A DNA stretch of 60,395 nt from a virus (lineage: Duplodnaviria > Caudoviricetes): positions 1 through 60,395 of the IMG/VR virus record IMGVR_UViG_3300025647_000037. One strand, written 5' to 3'. Below, in pieces: positions 37,665 through 46,645 of the stretch. The notes below the pieces were generated by a model. That model was not told where the DNA came from. It searched no databases and saw nothing but the letters and a program-made list of their open reading frames with translations. Position 1 is the first letter of the stretch. Every line of letters starts with the position of its first letter. The position numbers and the translations under genes are program-made.

Positions 37665-39581
37665 ATGAAATATTTCTTGTTTGTATTAACCATCTTATCA
37701 AGTCTCTTGGGCGTTGCTCAAGAGTGTGTAGTCATTAGACCTGAGGTAAAAACCATGGGTCTTTCTAATAGGGTCGAGGTCAATCTTGACGATGTCGAGG
37801 CTGTTACTCTGCCCATCGTGTTCCACATTATGCACACTGGTCAGGCGATCGGAGAGGGTGCAAATATTACTGATGAGCAGATCATAGAGATGCTCGGTCA
37901 AGCTAACGAGATGTTCCGAAAGGTTCCTGGGTCTGTTGGTGATGGGGAAGGGGTGGACACAAAGATTGATTTCTGTATAGCGCAACGTGATCCCGACGGG
38001 AACCCTACTACAGGGGTTACTCGTCACGACCTATCTGGTATTCCAGCATACGTACAGGATGGGGTGGCTACAAATAGTTTGCAGTCAGGGATGGACGATT
38101 TGCAGATGAAGGAGATTGCTTGCTGGGATGTAGATAGGTACGTCAACATTTATGTCGTGACGGAGATTGGAGGCAACAACGGAGGCGGTGGCATCCAAGG
38201 GTACGCTTACCTTGGGCCAACCAACGACTGTCGTGACGGGGTGGTCATGCTTTCGAATAAGATGGTTGTGTCTACGTTCAACCTTGGGAAGACATTCGTT
38301 CATGAACTGGGTCACTACCTGACCATCGATCACACCTTCGCCAACACCCTGTCATGTACTCAGGAGACCAACTGCGAGACCCAGGGTGATAAGATTTGCG
38401 ACACTCCTCCGACATCAACAAACTACTTCTGTAGTCAGCCCGCTTGCCCCGATGCCATCACAGAGAATTACATGGATTACACTGGAGAGCAGTGCAGAAA
38501 CATGTACACTACTGGTCAGGCAGAGCGTATGCATGAGTGTTTGTTGGATGGGAGGTATGACCTGTGGAACAACAACTTCGCATGCGTTCCACCTGTTGAC
38601 TACGATGCTGCTGTATCCAACGTGGAGTACAACACGCCATTCTGCCTGCCTGATCAGGACGTGACGGTGACAGTGACTGGTGTTGGTCCAGCCACCATCC
38701 CATCGGCAACAGTTATTCTAGAGGCAGGGGGTGTTTCGTACGAGTACATGCTTCATGACATAGCATACGGACAGACTTATGAAGCTTTGTTCGAGGGAGT
38801 TACACTGCAAGGAGATTTCTCTGTGACTCTGTTTTCAAACGATGACGAATACGCAGGCAACGACACGGCTTACGGTAGCGTCGTCTACGAACCAGGAGCC
38901 TTGTGGGAGATGGAGTTCACTAGCGATTTCTTCGCAGCAGAAACAGAGTGGGTGTTGCTTCCGCAGGATGATAAGACTCCTGTCATTGAGGATGGTCCAT
39001 GGCCATCAGGGATCACTACAAGGAGCTACGAGACGTGTGTCCCTAACGGTTGCTACAACTTCATCATATATGACGCTGGTGGGGATGGTATTCCTTACGG
39101 AGGAGAGGTGCTTATGTGGGTCAATGGGGAGCCACTGTCTGTCGACGTCTCTGGAGACTGGAGTGAATTTGTGTTTGAGTTCTGCGTAGAGACAGAAGCT
39201 ACAAACACTTGTCCAGCTGACTTTGACAACGATGGTGTAGTAGGTGTAGAGGACGTGGCTCTGCTCATCAACAGCTACAACTGTCAGGGATCCTGCCAAG
39301 CAGACCTTGACGGCAATGGTGTGGTTAACGTCCTTGACTTGTTGGAGTTCTTGGTGTACTTCGGGCAGTCAGACTGCATCGTAACGTCAGAGGCAAGCTT
39401 TCAGGTCTCGGAGATTACAGAGGTAGCTGACCAAGTGATTGACCACAATAGCCAGAGTTATGGTCCGCCAGTCTACTACGACATGTCTGGAAGGATAGTG
39501 CCTGGACCAATAGAGGGTTTGGCACCTGGTATTTACATTCAGCTTTTGAACAAGAAGGCTAAGAAAATATTCGTTCAATGA
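37665..39581 (+). CDS. Secreted M43 (pappalysin/ulilysin-like) zinc metalloprotease with dockerin-like domain and T9SS type A-like CTD
   Basis: Signal peptide; LPIVFHIMH; HELGHYLTIDH; ICDTPP; Met-turn ENYMDY; CPADFDNDGVVG..D and CQADLDGNGVVN..DLL; C-terminal YYDMSGRIV...LAPGIYI...KKIFVQ. Confidence 0.88.
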   Translation: MKYFLFVLTILSSLLGVAQECVVIRPEVKTMGLSNRVEVNLDDVEAVTLPIVFHIMHTGQAIGEGANITDEQIIEMLGQANEMFRKVPGSVGDGEGVDTKIDFCIAQRDPDGNPTTGVTRHDLSGIPAYVQDGVATNSLQSGMDDLQMKEIACWDVDRYVNIYVVTEIGGNNGGGGIQGYAYLGPTNDCRDGVVMLSNKMVVSTFNLGKTFVHELGHYLTIDHTFANTLSCTQETNCETQGDKICDTPPTSTNYFCSQPACPDAITENYMDYTGEQCRNMYTTGQAERMHECLLDGRYDLWNNNFACVPPVDYDAAVSNVEYNTPFCLPDQDVTVTVTGVGPATIPSATVILEAGGVSYEYMLHDIAYGQTYEALFEGVTLQGDFSVTLFSNDDEYAGNDTAYGSVVYEPGALWEMEFTSDFFAAETEWVLLPQDDKTPVIEDGPWPSGITTRSYETCVPNGCYNFIIYDAGGDGIPYGGEVLMWVNGEPLSVDVSGDWSEFVFEFCVETEATNTCPADFDNDGVVGVEDVALLINSYNCQGSCQADLDGNGVVNVLDLLEFLVYFGQSDCIVTSEASFQVSEITEVADQVIDHNSQSYGPPVYYDMSGRIVPGPIEGLAPGIYIQLLNKKAKKIFVQ

Positions 39582-40726
39582 AGAAACTCATCTGGTTCCT
39601 GATCCCACTAATGTCTTGGGGTCAGTGCGACATGGAGATCATAGGCTTTAACCCGATCTCTACTGACATCACCATAGGTATTAACGGCGGGTACTGTGGA
39701 ACACAGACAGACAGTATCGGCGAGTTCATCCTGGCGATGAGCTTCAATCCACCTGTTGATCCATCACCATTTCAGTGTCTGCAGGATGGCACCGAATGGG
39801 CCTTCCTTCTGTACCCACTCAACTTCCCTGGGTTCGACATCGGAGAGGGCGCTGATAACATTCTACAATCAGGTGATACAATCACCTTTAACATACTGGA
39901 AGACACTGAGTTAGCTGGCAGCGGTACCCTCATGTGCTGGCAGAATGCAATGCAGATAGGATCGTACTTCGAGGAGTGCATCATCCTCACTATCTGGCAG
40001 ATCAATGACAGTGAGACTCTGCTCGGTGGGCCTGGTCTTGGAGGCTTCCCATACCCAGACACTGACGTCACCAACAACTGGATTCAGTTCTCACTTTCTG
40101 GATCATGCAACCCACCACCGCCACCGATCGTTTATGGATGCGTCGATCCAAGTGCTTACAACTACAACGAGTTCGCCACAGTCAGCGACGGTAGCTGTGA
40201 GTATGCAGGATGCACCGACCCAGAGGCAAACAACTACGACGAGATCGCCACCATTGACGATGGAAGCTGTTCGTATGGTGGGTGTACAAACCCGCAGGCC
40301 TACAACTACGATCCACAAGCCACCGTGGACGACGGGAGCTGTATCTACCAAGGGTGCCTGGATCCAGTCGCCTTGAACTACTGTGAAGATTGTGACGTAG
40401 AGGGTGAGTGCATCTATGGCCCCGCAGACCCCTACTGCAACGATCCATGCATCAAGGTTCCTAACACCTTTAGTCCTAATGGCGACTTTGTCAACGACTA
40501 CTGGCAACCGATTACACTCAGTGAGTGCTGGCTTGAGTGGGAGTGCCGAGTGTACAACAGGTGGGGTGAGACAATCTGGTGGAGCGTAGAGCCTAACGAC
40601 AAGTGGCTGGGTAACAGGCTCGACACATACGTTGCTGATGGAGTGTATGTCTGGACCATCAAGGCCACCTCGCTTGAGTCAAGGAAGGTTGTCGACATGG
40701 CTGGACATGTGACTATCTTTAGATAA
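39578..40726 (+). CDS. Secreted Cys-repeat protein with T9SS type B (gliding-motility-associated) CTD
   Basis: Signal peptide; GCTDP.A.NY...A..DDGSC repeats; VPNTFSPNGDFVND...VYNRWGE...W.G...DGVYVW.I...GHVTIFR. Confidence 0.88.
   Translation: MKKLIWFLIPLMSWGQCDMEIIGFNPISTDITIGINGGYCGTQTDSIGEFILAMSFNPPVDPSPFQCLQDGTEWAFLLYPLNFPGFDIGEGADNILQSGDTITFNILEDTELAGSGTLMCWQNAMQIGSYFEECIILTIWQINDSETLLGGPGLGGFPYPDTDVTNNWIQFSLSGSCNPPPPPIVYGCVDPSAYNYNEFATVSDGSCEYAGCTDPEANNYDEIATIDDGSCSYGGCTNPQAYNYDPQATVDDGSCIYQGCLDPVALNYCEDCDVEGECIYGPADPYCNDPCIKVPNTFSPNGDFVNDYWQPITLSECWLEWECRVYNRWGETIWWSVEPNDKWLGNRLDTYVADGVYVWTIKATSLESRKVVDMAGHVTIFR
40136..40417 (+). repeat. Four degenerate 72-bp (24-aa) Cys-rich coding repeats
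   Basis: Gly-Cys unit starts at 40136, 40208, 40280, 40352. Confidence 0.85.
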
Positions 40727-40750
40727 AGAAAGGGGGCCGAAGCCCCCTCT
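40725..40750 (-). terminator. Terminator between convergent genes (U tract on - strand)
   Basis: - strand AGAGGGGGC-TTCG-GCCCCCTTTCTTT. Confidence 0.8.
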
Positions 40751-40834
40751 CAGTAGCGAAGTTCCACAGCTACTATCCCTGTGTAACGGTGCCAAGATAA
40801 TACATCTGAGACACCCAGCATTGATCCATCCTCT

Positions 40835-42727
40835 TCATCGAACTGGACATGCCCCCGTGTCACAATCCAAGATCTCAACATCGTCCATGCTGATCTGACT
40901 CAGAGCGGTGATCGGCTTAACCTTTGCTGACATCTCCAGGTACTGCTCCTTGGTGATCTCCTCCATCGGGGCCTGGTCAAAACCATGATCGTTGTGAAGC
41001 AAGAAGCTGACACTCTTTACGTTAGAGTAGTTTAGATCAAGCCAAGCTTTAATCGCATCGAGCTCTTCCTTTCTGTAGTAGATAGTTACAGACACGGAGT
41101 TGTCAGACCACTCAGCCTGCAGCCTGCGGATCACGTTGAGCTGATCTACAGCGGTCATGTCGTTGGCAAACATGGTGTCCTCAGGGAATGAACACGGGAA
41201 GCTTACCACAACAGTGGAGTGATCCTCGGTTCCATCGAAGTTTCGTACGTACTCTACGTGATACCCATTGTCTCGGCACACGCTGACCAGCTCACTATCT
41301 GTAGCCATTCGGATTCGTCGAATGTAGTAAGGTCCGTACCCTGGATGTGCTCCTGGTGTAACGCCAGCAAGTAGAGACAGCGTTCCACTGGGCTTGACTG
41401 TTGTAAGCTTAATAGAGTTAGGAAATCCACAGAGAAGTGAGTACTCTTTGTCATAGGCTCGAAGGTATGAATAAACAGAAGACAGCCACCCCTGTTGCTC
41501 AGGAGAAGCCTGAAGGTATCCAGTCACGCCGATACCCATGCGCATGTTCTTGTGCACAATATCCTCCGTCTCCTTGACAGCACACTTGATTGCTAGGCTG
41601 TGCTTGTTGATTCGATAGAGGTACCGTGCTACCTTCTTCAGCTCGTCCTCGGACTCGATGTTAGGTAGATAGATTTCAGCCAAGCAGCACGTCTCAAATG
41701 GAGCGAGAGACTGCTCAGCACATGGGTTGTACCCCATGACATCTGGATCTGGGTACTCTGTCTCACCAGTCCTCCCCATGCGACGAGATGATTCGAGATT
41801 GATCAAGCCATAAGGCTCACCATTCCCCTTGTACCCCTCCCAGAACTCATCAGGCAACAGACTCACGTCATCACACACGACAGAGTTGTTGGACATAGCT
41901 CTCCAGTTAGGGATACCACCAAGATCCCAACGCTTGGCCCGCAAGTATTCGATGTCGTCGTGATCACCGAGTGCGATCTGAGCCGATCTGCGTACGTTAC
42001 CAGCCACCACGATCTTGCCGATGATGTTCATGATGTCGAGGCAGTCGATAGGACGAAGGCGCTTCCCACTACGCTCGTTGAGGATGCGGTTGATCTCCTG
42101 CATACCCCAGATCAAATCGTTAGGTCCACTTGCAGTACCACCAAACCCCTTGATCGGAGATCCAGCTGGACGAACAAGCGATGTGTCATAGGTGAATCCC
42201 TCGCCTGTAAAAAAGCTAGCCTCAAGGACACGCTTCAACAGCTCAGTCCATCCCTCTCTTGAGTCGGGTACAATGAAGTCAGCACCGTGATCATCGACAT
42301 GCTGCACCTTGACCTTGCGCTTAACCTTGGGGAGCTGGTACACATGCTCTCGTTGGATGTTGTAACCAACGCCACTGCCAAGCATGAGCATCTCAAATGC
42401 CCATGTGAACGGTCTGATTGGTTGGTCAACAACTGTGAACGCACAGTTCTGAAGGGATGGCAGTCCGAGCCTGTCCACCGTCTTGGTGCCAAGCTGCCAG
42501 AGGAATCGGCCAGCCACCGTACCCTTCAGGTTCATCATGATGTCCTTTACATCTGCTTGTTCTTGTGGTGTGAAGTCACACCCAAGTTGTTTGTTGCAGG
42601 CCTCGACGACCCGATCAACTGTCTCCTCCCACTCCTCGGTTCTGCCCTTAGTTGGGCGTGAGTAGGTTCTTTTGAAGGTGGCGTAGCCGACCTCTCCCCA
42701 GGGGATGTCCTCTGGACGATAGTTCAT
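40835..42727 (-). CDS. nrdJ: Class II (adenosylcobalamin-dependent) ribonucleotide reductase
   Basis: AGRFLW, QNCAF, VVAGNVRRSAQI, NPCAEQ, TTVKPSGTLS, C-terminal CDTGACPVR; no NrdB partner. Confidence 0.93.
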   Translation of the reverse strand: MNYRPEDIPWGEVGYATFKRTYSRPTKGRTEEWEETVDRVVEACNKQLGCDFTPQEQADVKDIMMNLKGTVAGRFLWQLGTKTVDRLGLPSLQNCAFTVVDQPIRPFTWAFEMLMLGSGVGYNIQREHVYQLPKVKRKVKVQHVDDHGADFIVPDSREGWTELLKRVLEASFFTGEGFTYDTSLVRPAGSPIKGFGGTASGPNDLIWGMQEINRILNERSGKRLRPIDCLDIMNIIGKIVVAGNVRRSAQIALGDHDDIEYLRAKRWDLGGIPNWRAMSNNSVVCDDVSLLPDEFWEGYKGNGEPYGLINLESSRRMGRTGETEYPDPDVMGYNPCAEQSLAPFETCCLAEIYLPNIESEDELKKVARYLYRINKHSLAIKCAVKETEDIVHKNMRMGIGVTGYLQASPEQQGWLSSVYSYLRAYDKEYSLLCGFPNSIKLTTVKPSGTLSLLAGVTPGAHPGYGPYYIRRIRMATDSELVSVCRDNGYHVEYVRNFDGTEDHSTVVVSFPCSFPEDTMFANDMTAVDQLNVIRRLQAEWSDNSVSVTIYYRKEELDAIKAWLDLNYSNVKSVSFLLHNDHGFDQAPMEEITKEQYLEMSAKVKPITALSQISMDDVEILDCDTGACPVR

Positions 42728-42762
42728 GTTTTGTTACGTTTCGGATTAGAAAAAAAGGACTC

Positions 42763-42770
42763 CGAAGATA
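42763..42770 (-). promoter_or_regulatory. Variant -7 box TATCTTCG upstream of nrdJ
   Basis: One mismatch to consensus, in the intergenic gap. Confidence 0.45.
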
Positions 42771-42771
42771 C

Positions 42772-43272
42772 TCAATAATTCCTCTCGTATCTCCAGACGC
42801 GGTACGATTCCAACTGCTTGATATCCTTGAGATTAACTTTCGTTATCTCATCAAGCCTGTCTTTCCTCGTGTATCTCTTGAGGTATGCATCGGTCTTGTT
42901 GGACACCTTCTCGTCGGAGACCTTGTCCTCACACCAAGTGCATAGCTCATCTCTGTTTACTATGCAGAAGCCACCCTCTTCTGGCATGTCAAAGGCGATG
43001 ATCGTTGCACCACCATACATCCATCCAGGTTTGCCCTGCACATTCTTAAACTCACACCAAATCTCATTGGGCATGTTGTTGCCTTTGACATCAACTCCCC
43101 ACTTAGTTCCGTTGTCTTCGACGGCTAGCCAGTAGTCCACGTGGTCGTGTATATCCTCCCTCGGATTGGACTTCCTAACCTTCAAGCCAAGCCTCTCAGC
43201 TGCCTTGACGAACCTAGCCTCAGACATCCTCCCAATGCTAAAGCTTCTTGATCTCCTAGCCTTGTTAACCAC
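42772..43272 (-). CDS. PD-(D/E)xK-like nuclease-fold protein
   Basis: EDIHDHVDY...GVDVKG...WCEFKNV.G.PGW.YG.A. Confidence 0.6.
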   Translation of the reverse strand: MVNKARRSRSFSIGRMSEARFVKAAERLGLKVRKSNPREDIHDHVDYWLAVEDNGTKWGVDVKGNNMPNEIWCEFKNVQGKPGWMYGGATIIAFDMPEEGGFCIVNRDELCTWCEDKVSDEKVSNKTDAYLKRYTRKDRLDEITKVNLKDIKQLESYRVWRYERNY

Positions 43273-43489
43273 GGGAGTCTGAGAACTCTAGCGCCATGTC
43301 AATGATCATTTGGATCTCGCTTATCACGCGAGCCTTCAGGACTGACGACTTCTTAATCACATCATCGACATCATCAACAGCATCGCCGTTGGAGTCGTGT
43401 ATGTCCTCGTAGAAGTCTGTCACTGCGTCGTGCATCATTAACGTACACATAGAGAACGCATCGCTCAGTTTAGATTTCTCCATCTTCAA
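43265..43489 (-). CDS. Hypothetical protein
   Basis: Coupled ORF in replication operon. Confidence 0.6.
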   Translation of the reverse strand: MKMEKSKLSDAFSMCTLMMHDAVTDFYEDIHDSNGDAVDDVDDVIKKSSVLKARVISEIQMIIDMALEFSDSRG

Positions 43490-43919
43490 TTGATTTAAGT
43501 ATTTCCTGGATCGCTTGATCCACTTGTTGACTGTTCTTCGCTAAAAATACAATGGAGTTGGACTTGCTTGATGTCAAATGCCTGAGAAAAAGTTTCCACC
43601 TCATCGGAAAGTCATGATGCGATGGAAGATATCCCTTGGTTTCGATGATCCAGTTGTGATCCTTACCCATGAAGTCTGGGGTGTACGTGATGGGGAGTAC
43701 GACAGAGTCAGATCTATCTGACATCGTCTTCCCCTTCGCTGTCATCTTAAAGTACTTGTTCGGGAACCTGAACCTCTCAACCAATTCAAAAGTCTTTTCC
43801 TCGTAGGCAAAAGCTAGGCCGAATTGTTTCAGTTGGTCAGCGCAATACTTTTCAATACCGCTCTTGTACTTACCCAGATGTTTTTTGCGAGAACGCTTGC
43901 GTGTTGCTTTCTTTCTCAC
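43470..43919 (-). CDS. Endonuclease I-like (T7 gp3-type) resolvase
   Basis: YKSGIE, FAYE, YTPDF, IIETKG. Confidence 0.8.
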   Translation of the reverse strand: MRKKATRKRSRKKHLGKYKSGIEKYCADQLKQFGLAFAYEEKTFELVERFRFPNKYFKMTAKGKTMSDRSDSVVLPITYTPDFMGKDHNWIIETKGYLPSHHDFPMRWKLFLRHLTSSKSNSIVFLAKNSQQVDQAIQEILKSIEDGEI

Positions 43920-43923
43920 CTAG

Positions 43924-43931
43924 CAAAGTTA
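43924..43931 (-). promoter_or_regulatory. -7 box TAACTTTG, 4 nt before GTG 43919
   Basis: Exact consensus on - strand. Confidence 0.65.
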
Positions 43932-45743
43932 GTTACCAGACCTTAGAAAATCAACATTCATCTTAATATTTAATTCACCTTGCGTAGACTCCTGCAAACC
44001 AATAGGTTGGAACAGTGACTTGTGTGTTGTCATTGCCTTGAAGCCAGTCCTTGAGATGTCCATGATGAATCTGAACGGGTTCTCAAGCCCTGTTGGTTCA
44101 CCGCCTGTCTCGGTGTTCCTGACCTTTCGAACATGTAACTCACTCATACAGCGCACACTAGGGTCTGGGTGTTGAACCTTTCGGTGAATAGTTAGGAAGC
44201 AATCCGCTCTGTTCACGAACTTTCCACCACCCTCTGTATCCTCAGCATACGGCGCGATCGGCAAACCCTCGCTGTCCTTTCGACGCTGTGCTTCAGTCAC
44301 GGCATGCATGTTCAACCACACGGCTACGTTGTTGCTTGTGCTGAACGTAAGGAACTCACTAGCAGCCTCATAGTGGTAGTCATGTACACCAATGCTTGAG
44401 TTGCGCATGTCTAACTTCAATGAGTTGTAGGGATCTACGAAGATTGCATCAACTGGCTGTTGTCGCATGACCTTCTCCATGAATAGGATGATGTCTGAGT
44501 AGCTGTACACTTGGTTGTTGCTGATGACAGTGAAGTGCTTCTGCACCCACTTGTACGCTTGCTTGCGCTCAGAGTACGTCATGTTACCAGCCTTCTTGTT
44601 GCAGGCGAACTGCATCAAGGACATCTTCACGGATGCGGTTCTGTTCTCCGAGGAGTACACGATCCACTTCCATCCATGCCTGATGGATGCGTTCACCATC
44701 AAGTACAAAGCAGTCGTAGTCTTACCCACGTTAGAGTGTCCGTTGATGATGACGAACTCCTTCTTGTACCTGAAGTGTTCATCAAGTAGCTGGTCGCCTG
44801 TGTCAAGACCAAGCTCAATCAAACCCTGAGCGTAGTCATCAATCCACCTGAAGTCCTCATCGTCAGACGAGATAAACGACATGTCGCCATCATTCAACAG
44901 CATCTCACGCTGGGCTGATTTCTCCTCATCGATTACATCTCTGATGGGCATGGTCTTGCCCTTCTCGATGCCGTCTCGGATAGTGCTCATAGCCTGAGAC
45001 TCTGAGTCAATGTCTCGCTTTGAGATCTCCCTGAACAGAACACGAACCACCTCGTCCTCCTCCATCTTTCCTGCAGCTATGTACCCTCCACACAACGTGG
45101 CGGCTTTGATGAGAGCCATGTGCTTCTCACCGTCCTCAGCATTGCGTATCATACGCGCAGCTAGGTTTAGCTTCATGTAGTCAGTGTACTCGTAACCATC
45201 GTTGGTCGGAGCCTGTTGCTGAGCCTGCTCAGTGAGGAAGGCGCCGAACCTCTTGACGTCATCCTTGATGATGATGTCTGGATCGTGCGATTCAAAGCAT
45301 GCTCGTGACTCGTTGATGCCAGTCTCGTCGACTTGCAGTCCATACTGCTTGTCGAAGTACGAGATCAGAGATCGGAAGTGATCCCTGTGTCTCTCTGGAT
45401 TCGTGATCTTGACCAGCGCCTTGATCCCATCCCCACTCGGTGACGTCCAGCAAGCAAGAACAAAATCATCCGTGGCCAGAGCCTGCTTGGTCTTCTCAAC
45501 ATCGACGTGATCGAAGTCCAGAACAACCAATCCGCTATGTTCGAAGAGCGCATCATCCTTGCGAGATGCAAACTCCCCGCTGAACAGTACAACGGGGAGC
45601 TTCTTCTTGGCCTCTTTATTGCCCTCACGAACGTCAGCAATGAGAGTAGATGATCTCCCACTCTGAATCCTCTTCAGTGCTTGAGATAGGTGTACGTGAT
45701 GTGGTGTCTCCGAGAACAGACTTTCGAATACGGTTACTTTCAT
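43929..45743 (-). CDS. Primase-helicase (VirE-N/BT4734-like primase domain + SF4 helicase)
   Basis: KKKLP...FSG.F..R, HSGLVVLDFDH, SPSGDGIK; Walker A GHSNVGKT, FVDPYN, NRAD, HVRKVR; start may be 45743 or 45755. Confidence 0.85.
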   Translation of the reverse strand: MKVTVFESLFSETPHHVHLSQALKRIQSGRSSTLIADVREGNKEAKKKLPVVLFSGEFASRKDDALFEHSGLVVLDFDHVDVEKTKQALATDDFVLACWTSPSGDGIKALVKITNPERHRDHFRSLISYFDKQYGLQVDETGINESRACFESHDPDIIIKDDVKRFGAFLTEQAQQQAPTNDGYEYTDYMKLNLAARMIRNAEDGEKHMALIKAATLCGGYIAAGKMEEDEVVRVLFREISKRDIDSESQAMSTIRDGIEKGKTMPIRDVIDEEKSAQREMLLNDGDMSFISSDDEDFRWIDDYAQGLIELGLDTGDQLLDEHFRYKKEFVIINGHSNVGKTTTALYLMVNASIRHGWKWIVYSSENRTASVKMSLMQFACNKKAGNMTYSERKQAYKWVQKHFTVISNNQVYSYSDIILFMEKVMRQQPVDAIFVDPYNSLKLDMRNSSIGVHDYHYEAASEFLTFSTSNNVAVWLNMHAVTEAQRRKDSEGLPIAPYAEDTEGGGKFVNRADCFLTIHRKVQHPDPSVRCMSELHVRKVRNTETGGEPTGLENPFRFIMDISRTGFKAMTTHKSLFQPIGLQESTQGELNIKMNVDFLRSGN

Positions 45744-45996
45744 TGTCCTTTGCAATCATGAGGAGGATAAGATATCCTGCGAGGTCTTGCAACGTATCCT
45801 CCGTTGCGTCAACGAGACCTGCGTTCTTGATTCTCTTAAGCTTGTGGTCTATCTGCATCTTCAAGCCAGCTACAGGCCCAGCCTCTGAGAATATGTTGAG
45901 TGGCTCTAGTGCTGAGTTCCCATACTTCTCGTTCTTCTCAAGCAGAAGATCTTGTATCTGCTTGCACTTATTTTTTATACTGCTCCTTGTGTTCAT
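45634..45996 (-). CDS. DUF1599 / nucleotide-modification-associated (MazG-like fold) protein
   Basis: LLEKNEKYGNS...IDHKLKRI...EDTLQDLAGYLILL. Confidence 0.7.
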   Translation of the reverse strand: MNTRSSIKNKCKQIQDLLLEKNEKYGNSALEPLNIFSEAGPVAGLKMQIDHKLKRIKNAGLVDATEDTLQDLAGYLILLMIAKDNESNRIRKSVLGDTTSRTPISSTEEDSEWEIIYSHC

Positions 45997-46261
45997 CGAT
46001 AGTTAGATTTGAATTTGAAATGAACTTCTTATCCAACACCTCCCTCACTATCACTTGCTTCTGGGACTTGTATGTCTTGCCGTAGAGGTGATCTTCTAGG
46101 GTTTTCATGGTGTGCTTCCCATACTCCATGATGTCGTGAGGGGTGTTGAATGACGTCACTACCTGGACGACACGTTCGTATGTACGCTTAGCTTTCTTAA
46201 ACGCCACACGAACGGTCGCCAGATAGATCGGTGCCTTGTCCTTAGAAGGGCAGGGCTTCAT
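45968..46261 (-). CDS. Hypothetical protein
   Basis: Likely ATG at 46261 within the listed ORF; fills gap between SSB and DUF1599 gene. Confidence 0.55.
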   Translation of the reverse strand: MKPCPSKDKAPIYLATVRVAFKKAKRTYERVVQVVTSFNTPHDIMEYGKHTMKTLEDHLYGKTYKSQKQVIVREVLDKKFISNSNLTIDEHKEQYKK

Positions 46262-46541
46262 CAGCAGTTTGAGATTGCTTCTGTTGACGCTTATCCTTGG
46301 CAGCTTCGCTGTTAGGATCGAAGACACGACAGCAAGGTTTCCCATTCTTGCTCATGAACATAGTGAAGTAGACGTTACCGCCTTGACCCTGTTCGTTACG
46401 CTTGGTTGCGTAAGTCTCAGCGATCTCCTTCAACTCATGATCCTTGAGACGGAGACTCCATCCCATGATCTTACCATCATCGCCGTAACGTGGCTCTTCC
46501 GCGTACCCTACGAGTACTGAATCATACTTCTGTTCGCTCAT
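46242..46541 (-). CDS. Putative single-stranded DNA-binding protein
   Basis: 99 aa, acidic-LPF C-terminus (ADEALPF), next to recombination genes. Confidence 0.65.
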   Translation of the reverse strand: MSEQKYDSVLVGYAEEPRYGDDGKIMGWSLRLKDHELKEIAETYATKRNEQGQGGNVYFTMFMSKNGKPCCRVFDPNSEAAKDKRQQKQSQTADEALPF

Positions 46542-46645
46542 GCGAGTAAAAGATTTAAGAGGTTAGAAAGAATAAACAGGCAGACTACATAGATGGCCCC
46601 TGCCTTTAGGCCGTTATACCATTGCTTATACGATGAACTCCGCAT
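46538..46645 (-). CDS. Small membrane peptide, 35 aa, absent from ORF track
   Basis: MRSSSYKQWYNGLKAGAIYVVCLFILSNLLNLLLA; stop overlaps SSB ATG. Confidence 0.45.
   Translation of the reverse strand: MRSSSYKQWYNGLKAGAIYVVCLFILSNLLNLLLA

Noticed and set aside
37505-37693. 62-aa minus-strand ORF over the ncRNA cassette
   Set aside because: Crosses promoters and a terminator of the + strand; no protein features
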